This document shows, one piece after another, positions 6,443-15,595 of a stretch of DNA of 37,330 nucleotides. The notes beneath the pieces were generated by a model. That model searched no databases. It saw nothing but the letters and a program-made list of their open reading frames with translations, and was not told the origin of the DNA. The DNA lies in the IMG/VR virus record IMGVR_UViG_3300046011_004283, positions 1 to 37,330 of that record; one strand, written 5' to 3'. Positions within the stretch are counted from its first letter, which is position 1, and each line of letters starts with the position of its first letter. Origin of the DNA: a virus. Lineage: Duplodnaviria; Caudoviricetes. Both the position numbers and the translations under genes were made by a program.

Positions 6443-8212
6443 TTAGACAATATCGACGTCAGTAGCATAATGGGTAAACCCACCTTCTTTGATAACTTTC
6501 AACACGTGATTAACTCTACTGGTTAAGTCATCTCTATGTGAAATCAAGAATACATTCTTGTTACGTTCACGAGTCATTTGTTTTAGAACAGAGATACTAC
6601 ATTCAACACCAGATGAATCTAAACCAGAATCTAGCAACTCATCAATGAATAATAAGTTAATTGGTTGGTATAAGTTCTCCCAAACATCTCTAAAAGACCA
6701 GCTTAACGACAAGATCAAACGATTCATCTCACCACGAGATAGGTTGTAGAAATCTAAATCTTGACCCAATTGGGTAATCGATACAGATAAATCATTTTGG
6801 AATTCTACTTGATGTGGTAGACCCAATTGACCTAAGTAAACAGAAAGTCTTTGATTTAAGAATGCCAAGTTTTGATCGATGATACGTTTACGGATAAAAC
6901 TATTCTTGTTAGTTAACAAGTTATAGAGAAAGTCTTGATGCTCTTTAACTCGTACTAATTCATTCATTTTATCCCATGAAACATCTTGAATAGCAGTCGT
7001 TTTCAAGTCTTCGATTTGTTCTAAGTAGGGATTGGTTTCAGCTAACTTACTAGCCAACTCTTTCTCTAGTGAAGCAATTGTATTCTTGTGATTCAAGGCT
7101 TGTTCTAGGGTATCATACTTAACATTTGGGCAAGGACCAATCTCACCTAAAGCAATAATAGCTTCATCTAACAAGTCTAATTCTTCTTTATGTGAAGCAA
7201 TTGACTTTACACTAGCTTGGTATTGTTCACTTTTAGTAGCTAATAGCTGTTCATGTTTGTCGTCATGTAACTCTTGACCACAGGCATGGCATTTATGTTC
7301 TGCTAAGTGAACTAACTCTTGTTCTAGTGACTTAAGAACACGTTCTTCTCGTTCAACTGCAGTGGATTGCTTTGCAATTAACGAGTTAATACTATCACGT
7401 TCTTTCTTACTAGTATGCCATACAGTATACTCACGCTGTGCTTGAATCTCGGCATCAATGTCAATTGGACTTAATCGTTCAATATCTTTGTTGATAGAAA
7501 CAACTGCTCTATCACGAGTTTCATTCCACATTTTTTCTTTACGAATTAAGGCTTCGATGCTTTGTTGAATACGGTCATTCGATGCTTGTACTGTAGTAAT
7601 GCGAGTGTTTTCAGTCGCAATCGAATCTTTTGATTCTTTTACTAATACCTTTAACGAATCAGCTTTTTCACTCAATTGGGTAATACCAAGTAACTGTTCA
7701 ATGATTTCTCGTTGTTCACCTGGTTTCATTCCTAAGAATGGAACAGTGTAAGTATTCAGAGCAACTATGTGCTTGAACATCTCCAATTTCATACCTAAGA
7801 TTTCTTCAATAGCCTTTTGAGTTTCTCTTGAATCACCTTGACTTTCATCCAAATCTTGTAGCACTTGGTCTTTTCCATTGATAGAAAACTTCAAGATATT
7901 TGGTTTTCTACCACGTTCTATCTTGTATTCAACACCATCCTTGTCAAATGATACAGTGGCAAGCATATTCTTACCATTTATCTTATTAATAAGGTTTTCA
8001 CGCTTGATATTAGTCAACGCAGAACCGAATAATGCGTAACTTAATGCGTTAACCATTACCGTTTTACCACAGCCGTTCCGTTTTTCAGGCCCACCCATGT
8101 CAAGGTTTTCGCCTAGTACAAGGGTCAATAACCCATTATCAAAGGAAACGGATTGAGTTTGATTCCCAATAGATAGGAAGTTTTTTGCAGTTAGATTCTT
8201 AATTGTTATCAT
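6443..8212 (-). CDS. Recombination endonuclease ATPase subunit, T4 gp46/Rad50/SbcC-like
   Basis: Walker A NGCGKT, coiled coil with CHAC zinc hook, signature LSRGE, Walker B LFIDE, D-loop GLD, H-loop ISH. Confidence 0.95.
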   Translation of the reverse strand: MITIKNLTAKNFLSIGNQTQSVSFDNGLLTLVLGENLDMGGPEKRNGCGKTVMVNALSYALFGSALTNIKRENLINKINGKNMLATVSFDKDGVEYKIERGRKPNILKFSINGKDQVLQDLDESQGDSRETQKAIEEILGMKLEMFKHIVALNTYTVPFLGMKPGEQREIIEQLLGITQLSEKADSLKVLVKESKDSIATENTRITTVQASNDRIQQSIEALIRKEKMWNETRDRAVVSINKDIERLSPIDIDAEIQAQREYTVWHTSKKERDSINSLIAKQSTAVEREERVLKSLEQELVHLAEHKCHACGQELHDDKHEQLLATKSEQYQASVKSIASHKEELDLLDEAIIALGEIGPCPNVKYDTLEQALNHKNTIASLEKELASKLAETNPYLEQIEDLKTTAIQDVSWDKMNELVRVKEHQDFLYNLLTNKNSFIRKRIIDQNLAFLNQRLSVYLGQLGLPHQVEFQNDLSVSITQLGQDLDFYNLSRGEMNRLILSLSWSFRDVWENLYQPINLLFIDELLDSGLDSSGVECSISVLKQMTRERNKNVFLISHRDDLTSRVNHVLKVIKEGGFTHYATDVDIV

Positions 8213-8240
8213 GATAGTCAGTAATTGTAGGATTGATAGT

Positions 8241-8612
8241 TTATGTTAACAGGAAATTAGTACAACGGTCAACAACTTCTTGTCGGTTGGTGTTAAAATC
8301 AGATTCCCAAACAACCAGTAAAGAATAACCATTGTCAATGGCGTATTGATTCTTGTGATAATCAGAAGTCCAAGTCTCAAAAGCAGTTTTCTTCGTAGTT
8401 GGATTAACAAAGTCTTCGGCATAAAGCAATGGATGTGCATGCCAGAAATCACCATGAAATTCAATTATCTTGTTTTGATACCGAAAGTCGTAGCGATAAT
8501 GTCGCTTAGAACCACTACGAACATACGGTATATAAAATTGCTTTTCAATCTCTGGGAATACAGAACGAAACTGTTCAAACAAATAGGTTTCTTGCATATT
8601 CATTATCACCAC
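8241..8612 (-). CDS. Vsr/DUF559-like PD-(D/E)XK endonuclease (free-standing homing-endonuclease-like); true start probably ATG 8603 or 8597
   Basis: YDF...KIIEFHGDFWH and GYSLLVVWESD motifs; SD-like AGGTGGTG before the ATG. Confidence 0.75.
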   Translation of the reverse strand: MVIMNMQETYLFEQFRSVFPEIEKQFYIPYVRSGSKRHYRYDFRYQNKIIEFHGDFWHAHPLLYAEDFVNPTTKKTAFETWTSDYHKNQYAIDNGYSLLVVWESDFNTNRQEVVDRCTNFLLT

Positions 8613-9629
8613 CTACAGTTCTTGGTAAATTGCCATTAACAAATTCTTATCAAATGATTCAGTATCAATTGATTCAATTTGACTCATAACAATAGTATCA
8701 ACTGTTTCAAAACTAATATCAACTGGAGCTAAGTCAGGATTGATATCTGCTTTAGAAGGAACCAAGTGCATCTCACGAAGGTTGTATTGCGGTATGAAAG
8801 TTTCCTTAATGAAGTTTGCTTCTTCAAATGTAATAGGAATATCAATAGTTACACGGCAATGCATACCTTCTTTAAGCAACTTATCGGGTTCACTGATAAC
8901 TTCACTTAGCTTGTATGATCTATAAGTAGGTTGTTTAGGCCATGAAAGATATTGAGGTTCACCACCCCATTCTAAAATCATCATACCACGGGCATCATCA
9001 CCAGCATCCGCATAATTATGTGGAAACGCATTACCAATATAGTTGATATTACCATTAGATTGTCTTTGATGGAAATGTCCACTAAATCCAAGTTCGTATG
9101 GTTTGAACTGTTCATTACGAATTTCACCGGTATCTGGCATTCTTACCATCGAGTTTAAGAAGAAACCAGGCAGTTCAAAATGACCAAAGATATATCGACC
9201 ACCTGTTTTACCAACAGTTTTCCATTCTTCACCAATCAACCAAGGGCAAAGAGTTACATTACCAATAGTCATTGGTTTTTCAATGATTGTAATCCCTGGA
9301 ATGAACTTACCATATATAACACTGCATACGTCTCTACGATCTTTTAGATATAAATCGTGGTTGCCTGGTAAGAAATAGAACTTTTCAAATGCAGCACCCA
9401 TTTTTTCAAGGCATCGTACACTGTAATCCATCGATAAGATATTAAGTGAACTTCTATTGTGGTGGAAGTCACCTAAGAACATACCAACTTCACAGCCATT
9501 AGCCTTTGCTGTTTCGATAAACCAATCGATAAATTGTTCACAATCTTCATTGTGAGTGGTTGAATTAGACTTAGCACCGATGTGCAAATCAGTGAATACT
9601 GCTACTTTCTTAAAAAGATTATCTGTCAT
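8613..9629 (-). CDS. Recombination endonuclease nuclease subunit, T4 gp47/Mre11/SbcD-like
   Basis: Calcineurin-like phosphoesterase motifs DLH, GDFHH, GNHD, GHF, GHFH; next to gp46. Confidence 0.95.
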   Translation of the reverse strand: MTDNLFKKVAVFTDLHIGAKSNSTTHNEDCEQFIDWFIETAKANGCEVGMFLGDFHHNRSSLNILSMDYSVRCLEKMGAAFEKFYFLPGNHDLYLKDRRDVCSVIYGKFIPGITIIEKPMTIGNVTLCPWLIGEEWKTVGKTGGRYIFGHFELPGFFLNSMVRMPDTGEIRNEQFKPYELGFSGHFHQRQSNGNINYIGNAFPHNYADAGDDARGMMILEWGGEPQYLSWPKQPTYRSYKLSEVISEPDKLLKEGMHCRVTIDIPITFEEANFIKETFIPQYNLREMHLVPSKADINPDLAPVDISFETVDTIVMSQIESIDTESFDKNLLMAIYQEL

Positions 9630-9659
9630 ATTGATCTTCAGGTTAGTTATGATTGGTGA

Positions 9660-9688
9660 ATTGTATAAGGTATGTAGTGGTTTGTCAA
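9660..9688 (-). promoter_or_regulatory. Sigma70-type promoter TTGACA-N17-TACAAT for gp47/gp46
   Basis: -35 at 9688-9683, -10 at 9665-9660, about 30 nt upstream of the gp47 start. Confidence 0.7.
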
Positions 9689-9692
9689 GTGA

Positions 9693-9905
9693 TTATTCCG
9701 TATACCGCATGATAAACATAAGTCTATCTGACTCATTGCGAAAGTAGAAATTTGTAAGCGATGGTCTGACGTTCCTCTCACCGAAAGTATTAATACACCA
9801 AGTTCGCATTTCTTTGATCGGGTCACGAGTTGTATTTGAATCGCAATCGTATACAGATACACCGTATTTTTCCTCTATTAATGCATCAAATGGTTCTATT
9901 TTCAT
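9693..9905 (-). CDS. Small hypothetical phage protein (70 aa)
   Basis: ORF with SD AAGGA and its own promoter; the WC..TFG...FYF..E.D..MF pattern is common in small phage proteins. Confidence 0.65.
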   Translation of the reverse strand: MKIEPFDALIEEKYGVSVYDCDSNTTRDPIKEMRTWCINTFGERNVRPSLTNFYFRNESDRLMFIMRYTE

Positions 9906-9936
9906 ATCATTGTCCTTGTTGGGTTAAGTTGCGAGT

Positions 9937-10018
9937 ATTATACCTAAAAGATAATGGAAGTCAATGGTGATTTAATTATCTTTTAGGTATTGACTATAGG
10001 TCCATTATACTATATATT
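9937..10018. promoter_or_regulatory. Divergent sigma70 promoter pair containing a 16-bp inverted repeat
   Basis: Minus: TTGACT (9964-9959)-N16-TATAAT (9942-9937). Plus: TTGACT (9990-9995)-N17-TATATT (10013-10018). Inverted repeat ATACCTAAAAGATAAT at 9940-9955 and 9975-9990. Confidence 0.7.
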
Positions 10019-10047
10019 AACGGCTCATTCAACTAACGAGGTGTAAT

Positions 10048-10419
10048 ATGAACACAATCAATATTATTGAGATTTACAATTACCACGGCGTATGGGTATT
10101 TGACGATGAAACAACTGGACTGAACAAAGAAGCATTTGTATCTGGTGCTGATTTGATCATTGATGCAATGGTTAGTCATATACCCAACGCACACGATGGA
10201 TTCCTCTGTATCTTTTCTAAAAACCCATTTCCATCCTATAAATATAAGTTAGAATTGAAAACACGTGGAAATGAAGAAACCGGTAATTGGTATGTGTGTA
10301 AGGCATTGGGTATAGATGGTTGGTTGTGCGGTGCATTGTACAAATACTTCGACGTGGAACCAGAGGCAATCTACATACAAGTAAAGGAAAAGAGAAATGC
10401 AAATGCGAGAACTTCTTGA
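10048..10419 (+). CDS. Conserved hypothetical protein (DUF6717-like)
   Basis: WVFDD..GL..E.FVSGAD..ID, FS..PFP, GNWY and GWLC.AL.KYF motifs; SD GAGGTG. Confidence 0.7.
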   Translation: MNTINIIEIYNYHGVWVFDDETTGLNKEAFVSGADLIIDAMVSHIPNAHDGFLCIFSKNPFPSYKYKLELKTRGNEETGNWYVCKALGIDGWLCGALYKYFDVEPEAIYIQVKEKRNANARTS

Positions 10420-10846
10420 CATAATTGACAACATTGATCTAGTGGAGGCATTAGATACTCCACTAGAATACAAACAAACTGATTCAAATATATTTGAGTT
10501 TGCGTTTGAAACACCATCTGGTGAAAAACACACCGGTATGATATTGTTTCACAAGAATAGATCTAATTATGCTACCTTGCTATACGAAATTAATGAATCG
10601 TTTGACGGATTTAACACTGAAGGGTTTGCACGTAAAATTCTATCAACCGTGATAGCAAGTGCATTAGCTTGGATTAAACAAAACCCAAAGATTGTGTATA
10701 TTGGGTATTCGGCATCAAAGGATGATGGGACTAATGATAGACGTGGTGTGTATCAATCATTAACTCAGCAGTTGAGTAGACGATATGGATTTGTTGTAGT
10801 TAAGAATGACCCAAGTTCAGGTGAGTACATCGTACAAGTGAGATAA
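10397..10846 (+). CDS. Hypothetical protein (149 aa)
   Basis: ORF overlapping the previous stop and followed by a hairpin; N-terminus MRELLDII...LVEA. Confidence 0.7.
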   Translation: MQMRELLDIIDNIDLVEALDTPLEYKQTDSNIFEFAFETPSGEKHTGMILFHKNRSNYATLLYEINESFDGFNTEGFARKILSTVIASALAWIKQNPKIVYIGYSASKDDGTNDRRGVYQSLTQQLSRRYGFVVVKNDPSSGEYIVQVR

Positions 10847-10847
10847 G

Positions 10848-10872
10848 AAAAAGCCCAGCGAAGCTGGGCTTA
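10848..10872. terminator. Intrinsic terminator between convergent genes (U tract on the minus strand, after gp55)
   Basis: AAAAA-GCCCAGC-GAA-GCTGGGC-TTA. Confidence 0.8.
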
Positions 10873-10899
10873 ATTAGGGAATGGTAGAACAATTATCTT

Positions 10900-11748
10900 T
10901 TAGTCTACATCAATCCAAGTATAACCATCATTCATTCTTTCTCCATAGGTATCCGAGTTCATTCTAGTATGGCTAGGATTTAAACCTGCACCTTCCAAAA
11001 TATCATCACGAATTTCACGATTTCTTTTCTCTATGTTTATCACACGTAAGAAGGCGTTTGTGCAACATTGCGTGTAGAAACTAAATGGATTTGATGATTT
11101 TGACTCGTCGAATTGAAGTGCAACCTGCGTTAACTGAAGAACTGCCTGACCTCGCATCTCGTCCACATACGTGTAGCCACGGACATTACTACGTGAAGAA
11201 TATCGTTCAGCCAATTTCATTAACATCTTACCTAGCAAGTTAGACATCTGACCTTTTGTGATACTGAAATGACCAGTATCGACATCACCATCCCAATGAC
11301 TTTTACCAACACAAACTAACTCTTTATTCTCATTGAATTTCCAATGTTGGAAAGGTGGGAAGTTTACTTTAGCACGAGCATCAGCAACGGTTTTAACCGT
11401 TTTCTTACGGTCTGGCTGCAGGGGAATGTGGTCAAACGTCATGATTCTGAATACCAAATCATTTTCACAAATGGTGGTGTAATCGACTTCAAATTCGATT
11501 GCTGGGATTTTCTTTCCAGCTTCTAGTTGGGCTTTCTCGTGTGCTGCTCTTGATAATCGAGTAGCACGGCTTTGTTTAGCATCGTTGATTGTATCTTCAT
11601 TTATTTCACCGATATCAGTAACGATACAGTCATAGAACCCGAATTCAGGTTGGGTATATGAACAAAAAGTATTTTTACTTGCGTGGATTGCTTTCAGTAA
11701 CTCTTTGTTTGTCAAATACTTTGCTTTTGGTACTACGTGGTCAGCCAT
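10900..11748 (-). CDS. Late transcription sigma factor, T4 gp55-like
   Basis: YLTNKELL N-terminus; LAERYS.RSN.RGYTY.DEM, FDESKSSNPFSFYTQ...NAFLR.I..EK core. Confidence 0.85.
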   Translation of the reverse strand: MADHVVPKAKYLTNKELLKAIHASKNTFCSYTQPEFGFYDCIVTDIGEINEDTINDAKQSRATRLSRAAHEKAQLEAGKKIPAIEFEVDYTTICENDLVFRIMTFDHIPLQPDRKKTVKTVADARAKVNFPPFQHWKFNENKELVCVGKSHWDGDVDTGHFSITKGQMSNLLGKMLMKLAERYSSRSNVRGYTYVDEMRGQAVLQLTQVALQFDESKSSNPFSFYTQCCTNAFLRVINIEKRNREIRDDILEGAGLNPSHTRMNSDTYGERMNDGYTWIDVD

Positions 11749-11779
11749 TAACTCTCTCCAATTGAATACGATAAGACCT

Positions 11780-11808
11780 ATTATACCACATTAAATATGT
11801 AATAAATA
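11780..11808. promoter_or_regulatory. Divergent control region: extended -10 (TGGTATAAT, minus) for gp55 and late ATAAATA (plus, 11802-11808) for the tail operon
   Basis: Motifs at the strand switch; SD GGAGA on both sides. Confidence 0.55.
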
Positions 11809-11831
11809 GTACTAATAGGAGAATATTTATC

Positions 11832-12845
11832 ATGGCATTACCAACAAACGATTACAATCCAACGACTGGTGAGAATCCGGGTATTACAAACCAATTAAAT
11901 TCGGATGTTACGAGTGCGCTCAACGCGAGTTCACTTGGCACCATGTCATTTGGGAGTACAACGTCATCGGTTGATAGTATTGTTGATAGTTATCAATCTA
12001 TTGGTGGTAATATAACCAATGATGGCACTGGTTTACTCGATTCACTCGGTGGTGTGTTAACTGGCGACATCCCAATTGCTTCATTTCTTGGGAATTCTGG
12101 TGAATCTGATTTCACGTCATTCGCTAGTAGCTTATCATCGTTAGCTGGTCAAGCAAATGATATTTTAAGTACTTTTAGGCTAAGTAATAGCAAAAACCCA
12201 TCCGGGGCTGAGTTGTTTGCAAACAGGCAAGCAGCGATTACGCTATCACCATCTTCACAGAATGATTGGCGTGTAAGAATTAACGCACCATGGCAGTTAT
12301 TTGACTCGAAACTTTTTAGTAGATTGGAAGAGACTGGTGGTGCAGTTTGGCCATACTTACCAAATATTACGTTATCTACAAAAGCAAATTACACAACCAC
12401 TAGTGTAGTACATAGTAATTACCCGTTTCAAGCATATAAAGATAGTCAAGTGGAGGATATTAGTATAGCTGGTGAGTTTTCATGTGAAACCGAAACCGAT
12501 GCAGAATATTGGATTGCTGCTACTACTTTTTTTAGAACAGCAACCAAAATGTTCTTTGGTAGTGGTGATAATGTTGGTAACCCACCAATAATATGCACAT
12601 TGTCTGGGTATGGTAAGCATATTTTTGATAATGTCCCAGTTGTTATCAAATCATTTAGTGTTGATTTCAAGGATTCCGTTAACTATATTCGGTGTACGGT
12701 TGATGGTAAAGTAACGTGGGTACCTATTTTGAGTACTATATCAGTCACGGTGAGTCCAATATATAACAGAACAACGGTTAGACAGTTTAACTTAAAAGAA
12801 TATGCACGTGGTGCAATGGTAAATAACGGCTTAGGGTATATTTAA
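11832..12845 (+). CDS. Baseplate tail-tube initiator/cap-like protein (gp48/gp54-like) with Ser/Gly-rich N-terminus
   Basis: DWRVRI, WPYLP.I...ANY, HSNYPFQAY, GNPPIICTLSGYG..IFDNVPVVI.SF motifs; first gene of the baseplate operon. Confidence 0.6.
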   Translation: MALPTNDYNPTTGENPGITNQLNSDVTSALNASSLGTMSFGSTTSSVDSIVDSYQSIGGNITNDGTGLLDSLGGVLTGDIPIASFLGNSGESDFTSFASSLSSLAGQANDILSTFRLSNSKNPSGAELFANRQAAITLSPSSQNDWRVRINAPWQLFDSKLFSRLEETGGAVWPYLPNITLSTKANYTTTSVVHSNYPFQAYKDSQVEDISIAGEFSCETETDAEYWIAATTFFRTATKMFFGSGDNVGNPPIICTLSGYGKHIFDNVPVVIKSFSVDFKDSVNYIRCTVDGKVTWVPILSTISVTVSPIYNRTTVRQFNLKEYARGAMVNNGLGYI

Positions 12846-13144
12846 TGGCAAAATATTCAAATTCATCTCCATGGAGTACAACGAAGCAAAATTCACTTTA
12901 TATGGAATTGTTGCAAATGAGACCAGTACCAGCTGAGCCAGATGATGCGTTGCATATAATACAGTCACAGCATAGACATAGACCTGATTTGTTGGCATAT
13001 GATATATATGGAAATCCAAAGTTATGGTGGGTTTTCGTTCAACGAAACATGAGTGTATTGAAAGATCCAATCTATGATTTCGAAACCGGAACAGCCATAT
13101 ATATACCAAAGAAAAGTAAATTAACACAGTATCTAGGAGTATAG
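12845..13144 (+). CDS. Baseplate wedge protein, gp53-like (LysM-like)
   Basis: RPDLLAYDIYGNPKLWWVF..RN motif. Confidence 0.8.
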   Translation: MAKYSNSSPWSTTKQNSLYMELLQMRPVPAEPDDALHIIQSQHRHRPDLLAYDIYGNPKLWWVFVQRNMSVLKDPIYDFETGTAIYIPKKSKLTQYLGV

Positions 13145-13145
13145 T

Positions 13146-15581
13146 ATGACAGTAACTATTGGATTGGGGGAACCGGGTTCAACCGAAATACCAATGACAC
13201 CAATATCGAACGGTGAAGTTGTATCGGTTCCATCAAATATATCAACTGGAATAGCAACTGCGATAACTCCAGATTTTCAATCATTGACCAGTCCAGGTGC
13301 AACGGTTTCGGATGGGACATCGTCGGATATTTCGACGTGGTATGATAGCGATTTGCCAAATGTCGTCGATAACGACCTTGAAGAATTTGCATCATGTACG
13401 ACCTTATGGACGTTGGCTTGTTTAACACCAGAACAATATAACGACCCGTTATCGTATAGAAGTTTGGGCAGTACGTTATCCAATGTTATATTTTCATCTG
13501 CTGGTAGATACGATGCCGACCGAGTTAGAACCTCACGTGGTACACCAGAATACTTCATTAATAACTTTAATATAACAATGACGGTGGCTGCAAGTCAAAC
13601 GGTTGGTAACTCCAATGCGATAAATTATCGGTTTGACGTGTATGAACCATATTCGATGGGACAATTCATTGAAAGTTTACAGAACGCAGCGATAAATGCT
13701 GGGTATATGACATACGGTGAGGCCGTTTTTGTTCTAAAACTGGAATTTCTTGGATATGATACTGATGGTACTATATTAAAGGTGACAAAACCTAAGTATT
13801 TCACTGTTGCGTTTTCTAACGTTAAATTTAAAGTCACTGAAGCAGGTAGTAATTATACGGTTACTGCTGTTCCAAAAAGTGACATGGCGTATAGTGATGT
13901 GTATAACTCTACATTACGAGATGTGAAAATTATAGCGGATTCGGAAGGTACGGTTGCCGAGATATTGAAAACAGGACCTAATAGTTTAGTTTCTTTTTTG
14001 AACAACTTAGAGCAAACCAACCTTAAAGATGGGATAATTGGGAAGCCAGATGTATATGATATTCAATTTCCTGAAAATATTGAGGATTTTACATCAATAG
14101 CAACTGCAACGATACCAGATTCAGCTATAGTGACACCTGGGGAAAGTGCACCAAATTCTATAGCTGGTACCAACGTAGAACTTGAAGATCCATTGATGAA
14201 TGATATCGGTAGGTCTAAATTGGGATTTACTGCAAACAGCGGTGGTACGGTTCCAATGAAAAATCCAGACGAAGTATATAATGAACAAGGTATGCAAAAA
14301 GATGGTACCATGCAGGTAGACCCAAATAATAGGGCGTATCAATTCCCAGCAGGTATGCGTATTACGGATGTTATAACAAAAGTCGTATTAAGTTCAGAAT
14401 ATTGTAGCAATAATCAAAAACCTGAGAATATTAAGAATGGTATGATACGATACTTTATGGTTGATATCCAAATGGAAATAATACCCGGTAATATTGATCC
14501 GATTGTTGGTGATTTTGCTAAAAAGATTACCTTTAGGGTAAGACCCTATTATGTTCATCATTCGGTTGTATCGCCACCTGGGTCAGTACCTAGTGGATAC
14601 GCAGAACTGAAACAGCAGATATGCAAAGCGTATAATTACATTTACACCGGAAAAAACACTAACGTGTTGAAGTTTGACATTGAACTTAATAATTTGTTTT
14701 ATTCATCATCGAATTCATCACCATCGAATCAGGCTGGTAAAATTGCTGATCCAAATCAAAATTCAACCACGTCTGAGGAATTACCAACGAAGCAACAAGC
14801 AAACCCTGGTTCAACACCAGCGGCTGGTGTTTCGTTAAGACCAAGAATTCACAAAGATCCCAACCTTTTAACACAAGCAGGTGGTGGTTCTGGCACAACT
14901 TCGACTGAGATAGAAACCGCGTTACGATTACATAATGCAGTATTGGGCGTTGGTACAGCTGATATGATAACACTTAATCTTGAGATATTAGGTGACCCGT
15001 ACTGGATGGTTGATAATGGGGTGTCTAATAGTTTTGTTCCTGTGTCAGAAGGTAGCTCACAAATGACCCAGGACGGGACAATGAACTACATTGATAGAGA
15101 AGTTCATATATTCGTCACATTCAAAACACCAGTCGATGTTAATATGGGAGGAGATGGTTTGTATGGTTTCATGGATACCGAAGCAAAATTAAAATCACAA
15201 TTTAGTGGTATATACCAAGTTATTCGATGTGAATGCATCATAAATGATGGTATGTTTAAACAACGGTTAACGTGTGTGAGAAAGGCATGTCAACCATCGG
15301 ACGTTCCAGATTTACCACAACCATCTGGATTAGCAGAAACCTTGAGTTCATTTTTGGGAAGTGTAGATCCATCTACCACGCCTAATCATGGATTATGGCA
15401 ATATCAATCTAATAAATCAACGGATAACGCCTTAGCCAATGCAATTCCTGACCTATCAACTTGGTACAAATCTGAAGATTTGACAAAAGTTTCTAATATG
15501 GTAAATGCAGTTCCTGGGGTCAGCGATGTTGGAAATATTAACTCAGTAAAACAAACAGCAACCGATTACACTACGCAATAA
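13146..15581 (+). CDS. Baseplate hub-like protein
   Basis: Position between gp53 and the spike; F.V.EPYS, LEILGDPYW and FSGIYQV...F.Q.L motifs typical of hub proteins. Confidence 0.6.
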   Translation: MTVTIGLGEPGSTEIPMTPISNGEVVSVPSNISTGIATAITPDFQSLTSPGATVSDGTSSDISTWYDSDLPNVVDNDLEEFASCTTLWTLACLTPEQYNDPLSYRSLGSTLSNVIFSSAGRYDADRVRTSRGTPEYFINNFNITMTVAASQTVGNSNAINYRFDVYEPYSMGQFIESLQNAAINAGYMTYGEAVFVLKLEFLGYDTDGTILKVTKPKYFTVAFSNVKFKVTEAGSNYTVTAVPKSDMAYSDVYNSTLRDVKIIADSEGTVAEILKTGPNSLVSFLNNLEQTNLKDGIIGKPDVYDIQFPENIEDFTSIATATIPDSAIVTPGESAPNSIAGTNVELEDPLMNDIGRSKLGFTANSGGTVPMKNPDEVYNEQGMQKDGTMQVDPNNRAYQFPAGMRITDVITKVVLSSEYCSNNQKPENIKNGMIRYFMVDIQMEIIPGNIDPIVGDFAKKITFRVRPYYVHHSVVSPPGSVPSGYAELKQQICKAYNYIYTGKNTNVLKFDIELNNLFYSSSNSSPSNQAGKIADPNQNSTTSEELPTKQQANPGSTPAAGVSLRPRIHKDPNLLTQAGGGSGTTSTEIETALRLHNAVLGVGTADMITLNLEILGDPYWMVDNGVSNSFVPVSEGSSQMTQDGTMNYIDREVHIFVTFKTPVDVNMGGDGLYGFMDTEAKLKSQFSGIYQVIRCECIINDGMFKQRLTCVRKACQPSDVPDLPQPSGLAETLSSFLGSVDPSTTPNHGLWQYQSNKSTDNALANAIPDLSTWYKSEDLTKVSNMVNAVPGVSDVGNINSVKQTATDYTTQ

Positions 15582-15595
15582 TTGAAGGATAGAAC

